A DNA stretch of 20,000 bases from Raillietiella orientalis (Eukaryota). Under the pieces are notes generated by a model. It worked only from the letters and a program-made list of their open reading frames with translations. It was not told the origin of the DNA and ran no database searches. The translations under genes and the position numbers were made by a program. Below are positions 1-19,147 of this stretch, piece by piece. Location: NCBI GenBank assembly GCA_036172245.1, contig JAYWIR010000056.1, forward strand, positions 801,748-821,747, read 5' to 3'. How positions within the stretch are numbered: position 1 is the first letter of the stretch; each line of letters starts with the position of its first letter.

Positions 1-1807
1 TCTTTGAAGTTATGTTCAAGTTTAGGCAAGCATAACTTCAGGCATTCTCTGCTTTGGTTATGCATTAGGATCAAGTTAGAATTTCAGTTACATCATTATA
101 AGTTCAATAATCTTTATGTCTCATAATATGAATTCCATTATTTCTGTTATCTATATTTCATCTAGTAAGTGTGATTATTTTGATTACAGACCCAAACAAA
201 TCAAATTTGAAGGTCATTGTAGATGTAGACAGTTATTGCTTGAAGCAAACATAATTGATACTGTACTCATTCAGGTGTTAACATTTTGTTCAATTTGTAA
301 CTTTTACAGAATTACTTCCTCCACAGTTCACCATATTTTAACTTAAGAAGTTTGATAAGTGGATTCTTTTTAGCAGGCATAGTTTATTACTATTGAAAGG
401 CCACTTAAATCTTTGCAAAGGGATAGCCTTACTCAAATGTATGCATTCATAAATCCATGAATGTTATAGTCTTCGGTTTTCATTTTTATTTTTAGTGTGC
501 CGTGGAAATCCAAAAACTCGGTTTTCCTTATGATGTTAGCAATACTCTTTTTTGATATCTCAAGTTATGCAGACTTTTTAAAGAATATTGTTTTATGATG
601 AGTGTAGTTTCATTGCAAAAATTGTTGTGTACCATATTCTACCATGTTTTATGAAAAAGTAATGCATTGTTAATTTTCTCCTCTTGTTGTGGGAAACTGA
701 TATAGATATTGTTTTGAGCGTTTATTTTCGTATTCCGAACATCATTATAAGTTCAACATTTGATTAAGTTGACAGAAAATAATGTGTTGAAAAATGTGTT
801 TTTTGTGCCTAATAAGTATTGTTTTTCATGTTTTCATCATTAAATGAAATAAAAATCGAAATAATGTTCTCCAAGCATTCATATTAATAAAAAGATTTGG
901 AATGGTAATTTTAGCAAGAAGTATATTTAATGTGTAACTATATCTTTGAAACATTCACTCATGATTACACAGAGATTTTTATCGTATCCTGTTAAGAGAA
1001 ACATTTCACTTGTATGAAAGGAAAACATTACTGCTGCTTCAAGTGTAATCATCAGGAGAGAATGCTAATAAAATGTGAAGTTGCTAGGATTACAATTTTT
1101 CATTTCAGTGGTACTTGGGATGCTGTTCACTTCAGTTTGATTAAAAAGTGTGTTTACTTGAACATATTCAGTCTCAGTGAAGTGTGAAGTGTCTTAGCAA
1201 ATATTTAAATTTTGCTCTTACAAGGTGTGCATACCAAGGAAAGAGCAGCTGACTAAAACCTGCAAAAGTTATTAATTTGGATGGAGAGGGTGTTTGTTTT
1301 CAAACTGCTTTATTCCTGTTTTCAAATTTTTATGGAGTTAACATTCGTATCATTAGAATGAATATTTAAAAATCATAATTCTTGTGATGTTTGTTGTTGC
1401 CCATGGTGCAAATCATGCAGGATTCACTTTCAGGAACACACATATATTAACTATTAGCGTACTTTGCTAATACTTTAACTTATTCTTTTTATTAACTCTA
1501 ATGGGATATCAGTGAAGAATTTCAGTAGGCATCCATATGTGCTTTTAATCAAATTCGTGAAGCATGTATTGGTTTGAATTCTAAGTCAATGTATCTTTGT
1601 CTTTAGCAGAACTGTGGTATCAGAGCAGTAATTATGCTCTGCTGCCACAATCTTTATGTTAGCTTTTTTGTGAAGGGAAAGAATTTCTTCAAAGTTTTTT
1701 AAATAATACCAGGTTTTGCATGCTGTGTTTTCAAATGATTATTATAAGTAGATTCACACAGTTTGTTTTTTTTGTATGTTTTTGTATATTTGAACCTTAC
1801 ATTTTAG

Positions 1808-9892
<8,085 letters not shown>

Positions 9893-10293
9893 TTGTTTGC
9901 TGTTGCTAAGACTAAGGTTCCACATTTCATAAACATGCTGCCCCAATTGCAGTTGTACGCCAATCTTGGCAATCCATAAAGTGCTGCATATTGTATTCCA
10001 AAGTTTGTTTTATCACTGTAGTTATGGGAAAATTTGGAAAAAAAATTGAATGACATGAATATCGGTTTTATAGTAAATGATTTCTTCTTACAAGATGCAA
10101 ATCTTACTGAATACCTCAACTTACGAATAAAATCAGCTGCAACTGTTGTTCTAGGCAAGAAAAAAAAACTGAAAATGAAAGTTTCAAGGGCATCTTTCTA
10201 CTATGCGTGTATTGTAAACAACTAAAGGTAGTGCTACATTTCTTAACATTATGGTGCACACATTTTCTTAACCTATGTAAATACGATATAAAT

Positions 10294-13200
10294 TCACAAA
10301 AACCAAAAGCGATATTCATGTGGCAGTGCTCCTCTCCTTGGATAAAACACATGAGTTAGAGAATACTTAAGGAGATTACAAATATTTGATGTGTAAATAT
10401 CGGCGACTCGGAATACCCTTCTGCCAAAATACGTGGGATTATGGTAGGTACGGAACATACTACCGAACTGTGGGTTGAAGACATTTTTCAGGTCAAGGCT
10501 AAAAATATGCACACACACAGACACATGCATGTAAATAAAATTTTATCAATTTACCGTAGAGTTTCTCTCTCTTTTTCCCATGCATGTATGATACCTAACT
10601 GCCCTGTCCCAGCTGCTAATGCACGAGAATCTTCAATAATAAACGAAAGTACTTGTAGCCAGTTAACCTGCTCTTTAAAAGCTGATTGATTCATTATATC
10701 GATTTCCTCCTATAGATATATGCAAATGAAAAAAAAGTGCAATTCTCAGCAAGCTCAATAAGTATTTAAATTAATAACCTCTAATTCAGCAACAACTGCA
10801 CCAGTACGCCAGCACTGATTAAGAGTAACATGTTCCAAATCATTGTAAGGATGATCACCAAAATATAATACTTGATTTCCTTGCCAGTCCATTATTTGCT
10901 GGAGTCCAAATACTGTTCCCTTATATATGAAAGTTCATTTTAAATTATTTGTAGAAACCGAAACATTACAAACTAGAATGTGTTAGTGCTTTATTTTCTA
11001 TAAAAATAGAAAATAAAGCACTAACACATTCTAGTTTGTAAAAAGGTTATAAAGAAGTCTACATAACAGCAACTTGTTACTCACATCCAAATAAACCCTT
11101 CCAGGTTCCAATCTGTTGACTTTATCCCAAGAAAAAGTTTTGTCTGCAGCATTAAATAAACGAAAAGGGCGCTGATACTTGGTAAAAAATTCAGGTTTTT
11201 TGGCATTACATACAATAACATCAAATAGATTTTGCCAGTCATCACCAACCATAAACTTCATTCCTTCATTGCTGAAAACAAACAAATTAAATAATGAATG
11301 CAACTTTTAAACATATGTAAATTAAGATAGGCTATGCTTTATGTTCACTTATGCTTGCTTATGCTATGCTTTATGAAATGCTATGATAGCTATGCTTTAT
11401 GCTTTATGAAAACGAAATCTAATAAACTCGAAAACTTTTTATGAAGCTGTAACAAATAATCAAAACAATGTAGGTAACATTTTCAGAATAAACATTCTTC
11501 AGCCAAAACCTTACTGCATCTACTTTTCCATAACCAAATTATGAGTCACAAAATGGAATATAAGTAACAGAAATGGAATGGATGTTCCATGTAATAAATA
11601 CATAAGTGTAGTACATAATACATGACTGACTCATTCACAAATTAAATTCCTGATAAGATTGCCGAAAAGATCAAGAATCATTCAAGATTTATGGGGACAT
11701 AATTTGTATTAAACCCATCAAATTTATCCAGAAACATATCAGCAAGCTATTGCACAGGATAATGTACAATGCAACTCTCAACAAGTAGCTTCATTGTCCT
11801 TAACTCTAGCAACCACTGTGGTAGCTTAACATACAAGCAATTTGGTAAGGTGTTTATTAAGAGTAAAATTGCTAAATTCTTAACTTTAAATGTGACATTC
11901 TCCATAAAGACTTTGTATTTGAAACAATTTTCAAAATTTACTATTCAGGTTCATTACAACTCTGCTACCCAAAATACAAGAGAAAACACTTGTATTTCAT
12001 AAGATTGGAAATCGTGATAACAAAACACTTATCGCTATTTCCAATCTTATTTTCTATTGGTATGACACTGCATTTTATATAATGACTAATAACTTACACA
12101 AATCCAACTGGACTGTTTGTGATCAAAAATAGCTTTTTATTTTCATTTTTTAGTCTTTCTAACATGCATTTTAAATCTGGTTGTAATTTCAAATAAGCTG
12201 AGATATTACTTTTTACAGTTTTGTGCATTAAAGGATGAATTCTCTTAACAGCTTCCTATATTTTCAGAAAACAGATACATGAGTACAAATAAAATAGTGC
12301 AATCATGAACAATCATGTTAAAGTAATACAATGGGTTATTTATATTTGTTAAGGGTTATATGCATTTAGCTTTTTCTGATTTATTAGCATGATACAAATC
12401 AAAATGTGTACATCTGTTTCAAATCAAATCTCAAATAGAACTGAAATCGCAAAGCACAAAAATTCAAATAAATATGACTGTAGCAATCTCAGCACATTTA
12501 GGAATAATGCAGAAAAAAACACACACATGATTGATAATTGCACAATAAGCTGTACTATATCAATACAAAAGCTAAATACATGTACTAAAGGCATAGTCTA
12601 GTAAAAATTCAATAAGTACCAAAGGCATATTCCAAATTGAACAATTTTTCACAAAAATAAGAATTTAGGGCAATAATAAACATTTAAGGCAGGTAAAGCT
12701 AACCGAATTCTTACTTTCAGCATTAAATCTCAACAGATATTATAAGCTTAAAGAGATATGTATGTATGCTTACAATCAGAATACCATGAGTTCATAGTAT
12801 CCGCACTTAAAGGTCATTTCTGTCTCACTTTATATTTCTCATTCACATGCTCTTGTGAAAACAAAAATTACCAATATTTGACATTTTTCCTGAAAATTTC
12901 TAAGATTTTAATTTCGAGTATTGTGCAGTTTTATTTTGAAACAATTGCAAAAATGAAAAATGAAGTCAAACAACAAAATTACTAGTAACAGGGTATTGAT
13001 GTTACCTTTACATCATTGAATAATATTCGGGGCAAGTAATGTATACTGCTTGTTTCAAAGTAGTGAGTTATATTCGTGAGCAGGCACATTTCCGGTATAG
13101 AAAAAGCATCAGCCATTATCTGCATATTCACCTTGAATATTTTAATTTTAATTAATACAGAACAAAATCTGAAAACTATTTAATGCAAATTATTCTTATA

Positions 13201-14702
13201 TAGGAAACAATGACATTCCTTTCAACTGTTTATACAAGTAGCAAAACAGCAGTAAGCAAGTGAAAATTAATTTGCTGTAAGTATTTACAAGGCATTTGAT
13301 GATTATGGAATACCTTCAATATGAGGAAACAGTTGAGTTATCATAGAAAGCTACTATTACAATTTTATTAGTATCAAAAAGGAATTCAAATGATGATGAT
13401 GATGATCAATAATATAAGCATGCTACCACTTTTCACTTATTTGCTAAATATAGCTATTACAATCTAATTCCCTTAAGCCATTATATGCTTCCTGAAATTT
13501 GTTTTGAAGCAACAATTTTTCAGCAATTAATAAAAAATGGTGAGTAGTGAAAAAGCAGATTTAACTTGAGAACTAATGAAAGGTTACTGATACCATTATA
13601 AAAATTATGTACTTCAGCAGATTTATGAGTTAAAAACCTTTAAGTGAAAAACTAAAAAATAAAGGAAGCTAACACAATTTGCAGTACTATTTTGTTCGGA
13701 AACTGCTTTAACAAAACCAGTTGGAAAACACACGCCTGTGGTTCATAAAGTGCATTGTCTGTGAATAAGTTTAAGTATTAATGGTTCTTCAGTTTATTTT
13801 TTAAGCAGAAATTTGCAACATGAAAAAAATTACGGGATGCAAACAGAAAAAAAGGAAAACATTAGTTTTGTGAATGCTTAAAACCAAAATGCAAACTGTA
13901 TTGAAATCTTTTTAAACATACCTCAGTTTTCTCACCTAAATATGTATCAGGAATTACATGTGTACCTCCATAGAGACTGAGAACTTCATCATCTTCAAGT
14001 TTCCTCAAGCCTCTATATACAGTTCCAAACTGAATTTGATGGAATGCATCAAGTTTTAGTAATACTCCTTTTTCAATATCATAATGTAATCCTTTGATCA
14101 AAAAATTGGGATCCAGATCTAACTTGGAAACTTCACTCGGATACTACAGATGAAAATAAAAAATAAATTATAAAGTACCTTCCATTCTTCAAAATACCTT
14201 CCATTCTTGGATGAGCAAGTTGAGAGCCAGTGTATAAATGAGCGTATACATTGAAGATTTGTAGCAAGCCAACGTATAGTCATAATCAAAGCCATATATC
14301 ATAATTTCTTCCAGATTTAATTCATTGTTTGCAAAAACCGAACTGGGATTTATATCCAAAGGTAATTTCTTTGCTAAAAAATAAGCAATAAATCATTCCC
14401 ACAGGAAACTTAAAACTATGGTAAGCATCAATTGACGAGGTAGATAAAAATTTCCTATCATCATCATACTTACACTTGCAAAATATTTTCGCGTCATTAT
14501 AAATTTGCTCCAATGATGAGCTGCCTTCTCCGACATGAAGTAACTCTAAAATATTTTTTTGCTCACTGCTCTGAGTGCTGTAGGTGGAGACCTTAATGTG
14601 GGCCACTGGATCCAACTTACAGCAATTCATTCGATGCATTTTGTTCAATGAACCCATCAAGAACATGTGCCTTCTCAAGGCACACAAACTGGGAGATGAC
14701 AT
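10294..14702 (-). CDS. NT5DC3: 5'-nucleotidase domain-containing protein (NT5DC3/NT5DC2-like, HAD superfamily, cN-II family), 532 aa
   Basis: Exons (- strand): 14702-14474, 14373-14198, 14143-13922, 13131-13006, 12255-12098, 11271-11085, 10919-10779, 10709-10555, 10498-10294. All GT-AG and phase-consistent. Motifs: [16 protein letters not shown] (HAD motif I), [88 protein letters not shown]. The start ATG is inferred, and NT5DC2 versus NT5DC3 cannot be resolved by eye. Confidence 0.93.
10966..11041. repeat. Perfect inverted repeat: 36-bp stem, 4-nt loop, in NT5DC intron 10920-11084
   Basis: ttacaaactagaatgtgttagtgctttattttctat-aaaa-atagaaaataaagcactaacacattctagtttgtaa; the arms are exact reverse complements. 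Confidence 0.97.
11331..11409. repeat. Degenerate TATGC(TT)-unit tandem repeat in NT5DC intron
   Basis: gctatgctttatgttcacttatgcttgcttatgctatgctttatgaaatgctatgatagctatgctttatgctttatga. Confidence 0.8.
11999..12050. repeat. Inverted repeat: 22-bp arms with 2 mismatches, 8-nt loop, in NT5DC intron 11272-12097
   Basis: ataagattggaaatcgtgataa-caaaacac-ttatcgctatttccaatcttat. Confidence 0.92.
14176..14208 (-). repeat. Direct duplication of an exon end plus splice donor (14 nt, 19-nt period)
   Basis: + strand taccttccattctt at 14176-14189 and 14195-14208, i.e. aagaatggaag|gta twice on the coding strand. Confidence 0.9.
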
Positions 14703-15064
14703 CGCCGTGTTTCTAGTCAATATGACCACCGATTTCCCAGGAAAATAAAACCCAACGATTCAAAACACCAAGGATAATCAAATTACTTGAATGATAAGGT
14801 ATTCATAATGACATATGCTTTAGCATATACAGAGAAGGGGAGCGATAATTATTTGGAGGAGTTCAGGACTCCCAGGAAAGAAAAGCTGTACCTCCTTCCA
14901 ACAGCTAAACAGTAACCGTCATTTGGGACCTGCAATGAAAATTTTCAGGAGACAGACGTTCTGTTTGTTCCTTATGGGTTGCTGAATGCACATCATTCGG
15001 TCACACAGCAAAGTCTGGCACTTTAAGCGAGCTACCACAACTTCCCAAAAGTCACATGAATGCT

Positions 15065-15312
15065 CCCGTTCCGTGTGTTTCACTCTTCCCGAGGGGCAGG
15101 TGGGCGCTCCGCTTCCACGTGATGGTCGCACGGCGGACGACCCCACGCGCACCGACCTCGCCGCGCACAACGTAAACACCGCAGCAGGCAGCTGAGCTTT
15201 CCATGAAGTCGCAGCGCCGCCGTTACGCACGTGTGGGTCAAGCACGGTTCCCAAATCACCTGCGCATAAATATAAAGCACGACAAACGAAATGCTATCGA
15301 GAGCGAACCGTG
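15065..15312. promoter_or_regulatory. GC/CpG-rich island upstream of NT5DC; candidate promoter or 5' region
   Basis: Abrupt CpG-dense stretch (e.g. cgcacggcggacgaccccacgcgcaccgacctcgccgcgcac) in an otherwise AT-rich, CpG-poor window. It lies 360-600 nt upstream of the NT5DC ATG, with TATA-like cataaatataaa near 15265. Confidence 0.45.
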
Positions 15313-15630
15313 TATGCGTCTGTCACCCATAAATCACACACATCGATGAAAACACAATGAGTGTAGAATTTTAACAAATTTTTTCTGTTTCAATCAACGT
15401 ACTGTTGTTACTACCGGCTTTATATTTAACATAACCAAATATCCCCGAAAGTATTTCTTCACAATCTCCCAAGAAACAGCAACTACAATATTAAAAATTG
15501 CACAGCACGGTGAAAGTGCAGCAAAAACATTTCGAAGCAGCATGCGATAAACACATGGTTTCGAAATGAGTGAAACTCGTTGCACAGGGCAAAATTTTAC
15601 TCGTCAAAGCGTCTTTTATTTAAAATGCAG

Positions 15631-16887
15631 AGCTTACTAGCAACTGCCTAAGGCATATTAATGGAACCGCAAGTCTCAACAGAGCAGCTCTTGCACTAGA
15701 AGTAGTGGTAGTAATCATTCAGTATAAGGTCTTTAAAAAGCACTTTTTTGTCAAAATCGCATGAAGTCGAGGAACTTTTCGTATCTGTACAGAATAGTAA
15801 GTGAACTTCAGCAGTAAATCCGCTTGAGAAGAATGCACATAGTCATCTTTAAATACATCTAGTGTCATAATTAAACGAATAGATGTAATCTAAACTGGAA
15901 GACCATGCTATTCGTGTATTCTGTGTTCCTGAAACACTCTTTCATCGTTTTCTGTGACGTTCTCTTGAAGAGTTGTCGCAGATTGCCAGGTTAGAAGCCT
16001 ACGTGACACATACTAGTGAAGGACTGTTAACTTTTTCCTCCAGATGTAACCTGCATTACAAGTATACAGATCCAAGACGGTATCATGAATACATTAATTA
16101 TGATTATGACTAGTATTTGAAATATCGTTTTCAACATGGAGCCAAACCCGACTGATTTACTCAATCATTAGCATTACGGCGTATACTTTCAAGGTTTTAC
16201 GCTGATGGTCTAAGAAATCCCAACGGATGAACAGATTTTCGTGTTGGTGGCTTCTTCGGTGTGCTTTGCGTTGTGCCACAACTTTTTGGAATCACTAATC
16301 TGCACATGGTGCTCTCCAATATTTCCTAAATTTCCTTTACGGCACCCCCTTCTAATTCCTACTGTTTGAGAACCGCGGAAGGTACGAAAATCCCCCGCAG
16401 CATTTCATGTGATTATGTGCAGCCAAGGCTTGGAAAACCAAGGACATCCCGACTGAAGAACTAAAGTACGCTCGAGTTCCCAGCCACGAAGGACAGCTGC
16501 TGAATTTCCGGGTTTTCGTGCACGGTGAGGTTTCCCCCTTCATTAGTTGGCCAAACATGTAGAGAGTATTGTTAACTGAATTTCGGACAACAGGGGAAAA
16601 AAAAAAGAGAATTCAATATTATTTACATAGAAACTCCGTAATCTGGATACTTGAAACCAGACACAGGTTATGGATCAAGCGCCTATGAAACTTCCACTTC
16701 CATCGACTCTGTTGTGTGCCCAACCGTAGGAAGAGTTGATGCAGACACGATTCTAGCCCCCCCCCCCCCCACCACCTCGCAAACGAAGTTTTCGACGGAC
16801 CATAGGGAAAATCACGACGGTGAAAAAATAAAGACATCACGGAGCACCAAGCAATCGAGAGAATCTGCATTTTTGCTTTTCCCATAA
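15631..16887 (+). pseudogene. Decayed multi-exon gene, possibly protein-kinase-fold (pseudokinase-like)
   Basis: Candidate GT-AG exons: 15631-15796, 15883-15989, 16044-16079, 16194-16381, 16423-16524, 16631-16887. The last four junctions are phase-consistent, with intron sizes like those of neighbouring genes. Translation: ...HFFVKIA*SRGTFRICTE / KLEDHAIRVFCVPETLFHRFL*RSLEELSQIARCNLHYKYTDPRRFYADGLRNPNG*TDFRVGGFFG...ISFTAPP..., loosely matching the spacing of kinase subdomains IV-VIII. Six in-frame stops and at least one frameshift. Confidence 0.4.
16757..16770. repeat. C14 homopolymer (G14 on the - strand)
   Basis: Read directly. Confidence 0.9.
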
Positions 16888-17603
16888 ACATATGTGACGA
16901 AGGGCCTGCCTGTCATTCAGGTGCCATCGAACTGAACTTGCAGTCCAGAGTTTAAATGTTTTAAGATGATGCATTGACAGATTGCTTCCCATTTTGAAAA
17001 AATTTCTTGTTCTGCAAATAAGCAGGTAGTTAATTAAGGACTGGGCACTTTCGTATAGTGCTTTCATACATACTCAAATCTGTGCTTTGAAGTTCAGATT
17101 TATTGCAAGCTAGATCTGAAAGATCAAAGTTGAAAAGAAATGCCTTACTTTAAGGCAGTAAGCAAAATTTACAATTGATGGAGTGGTTTCACATTCCTTT
17201 TGATATGGAAATAAGTATTCTCTGTTAACAACAGTTCAACCAAATACAGTACCGTGGGAGAAATAAAAGAATCATGAGGATACTCCATTCAACAAATTTC
17301 CTAACGTAAGGTAGTGAGTTACAACATACACGTTAACGTTCCTTTCGTTTCCTTGGAGATGTGAGCAGTTTACAGGCTATGATCTAAAACTTAGTGGATG
17401 TCTACATTCAAGAACAAATCGGAAATTTAACGTGCTTGTTTATAGTGTGTGTCACATTCATTAGTTTTGAATTTAGTTTGAAAAACACGATCAAATGGAA
17501 TCACTCATTGAACTAGTAGTGAAATTACTTTGGAATAGATCAAGGGCTTTATCAACACACAAAACGTAACTCGCATCTTCCCATGGAAATGTATTCACAA
17601 AAT

Positions 17604-19018
17604 TTATTTGGACTTCTTAAAATTCTGCTTCAACACTGACTTAAGTTTGGAGGCCTTGAATTTTCCTATGCCTGGGCATAGTGCTATTTCATCCTCACTT
17701 GCCCTAATGATGTTTTCCATTGACCCAAAAGCGGATATTAAAGTGGATGTATCTGTGTAATTAATAGATCGTATGCTACATAATGCATCTGCAAGCTAAT
17801 AATTGACAAACTAACATTAGCATCAACTTTATTGCAAACTTACTTTTGAGATCTTGTGGATTTCCTGTGCTTCTTTTATCATATCAGGTGATTTATGCTC
17901 ATACATTTTATAGGTTTCAATAATTTTTCCGGCTTCTTCATGAGAGAAAGCAAGAATCAAAGTAAGATTTGCTAATATACTAATTCGAGTAAGATGTAAT
18001 AGGCTGCGAAATGGATCTTTGATGTCAATCTAAAGCAACAACGAGGTTGTTTATATTCATGAATTAAATCACCTGCACAATAAGGATCCTCAATCGATAA
18101 TCTTTACTTAATTGTTTTAGTCTTTCATGTATGTAATCAGGATGCAAGTTGTGGTAACGAAGACTCAAATACAAAGCACAAGTTGATGCTCCCAAAACAT
18201 AATCGGGAATTATTTCCACATATTCAAAGGGAACATGCTGTATATGTTTAAGTATCGGATTTCCCCTCTAAAAACAAATCATGTAACTCTTGCATAAATG
18301 ACAAAATTAAAAAATACAAGCATTTATAAATTCCTCCACTCTTCTTGTTAATTGATTTTTTTGCTTTGTAAAACAAAGATGAATAACTTGCAATTTCTAA
18401 AATATTTACTAATTTTCGACAGAAAAGCATGCTGAAAAACTCAAGAATACAGTCTATACTCTTTGAAATAATCTGACATGACTGCGATATGATACATGAA
18501 ACAAATCAAAAATTACGTATATGACACATTTTTTCACTTGGTGATTATTGCAAATTTCTTTAACAGTTAATAATAAAATAAAAAAGTAAAGTGAGAACAA
18601 CGCGATTTTAGTTTCTAAAATGAGCATAGGAATCTTGAAGTATTAAGTATACATTTTAGCATTTTATCTTTGAAGTTTTTTAAAATTAAGCAATTCAGAA
18701 GTAATTTTGAATGCCATCACATCCCGAATTTCCTAAACATTCACCAATATGTGCATTCACCTAACATCACCTGTCTGCTATTAACTAAAACTGATGCTGA
18801 CAATGGATTTGGTGCATTAGAATTGTGTCCCTCCACACACTGCTTATAAGCAACAGATGTTTTCACTGCTTTAAACAACTCTAATTGAATAGCAAACAGA
18901 TAAGAGAAAAATGCTACAAAGTCTTACCATGAAATTCTTTCGAACTGTCGGTATTTTGCTTAGCACTACTTTCAAACTCCGATCTATTCTCACTTTTTCC
19001 CTCATTTGTTTCAGACAT
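17604..19018 (-). CDS. ERCC1: DNA excision repair protein ERCC1 (Rad10), 257 aa
   Basis: Exons (- strand): 19018-18928, 18880-18771, 18267-18073, 18029-17844, 17795-17604. GT-AG and phase-consistent. Translation includes [84 protein letters not shown] and tandem Hh[29 protein letters not shown] overlaps the stop codon. Confidence 0.97.
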
Positions 19019-19109
19019 TCAATTAATTTAGCAATGAGCACACAAGAAAATGTAACCTTCAGTACATCTAAAATCAAATACTAAAAGACTATACAAATAA
19101 GGAGATATA

Positions 19110-19115
19110 TTTATT
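19110..19115 (-). terminator. Candidate polyadenylation signal AATAAA of TXNDC15
   Basis: AATAAA on the - strand about 32 nt after the TXNDC15 stop. Confidence 0.55.
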
Positions 19116-19147
19116 ATATTTTTATGTTTGTAATTTCGAATCATCGT

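Noticed and set aside
1..1807. Upstream ERCC6 exons (candidates near 190-273, 310, 1225)
   Set aside because: Acceptor-like sites exist, but I found no recognisable CSB N-terminal motif or convincing phase-consistent chain.
10034..10225. Short ORF in the 401-nt gap between the convergent ERCC6 and NT5DC stops
   Set aside because: No true ATG start or recognisable homology; it contains the likely ERCC6 AATAAA (~10125) and is probably 3' UTR.
15000..15260. RNase P/MRP, SRP or telomerase RNA in the GC-rich patch
   Set aside because: No paired P4 consensus halves, SRP Alu/helix-8 motifs or 1.5x telomere template were recognisable by eye.
15850..16575. Alternative - strand exons (e.g. TPKKPPTRKSVHPLGFLRPSA|LHLEEK; ORF 16352-16558)
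   Set aside because: Only one compatible junction, early stops and no recognisable domain. The + strand chain explains more, though this alternative is not strictly excluded.
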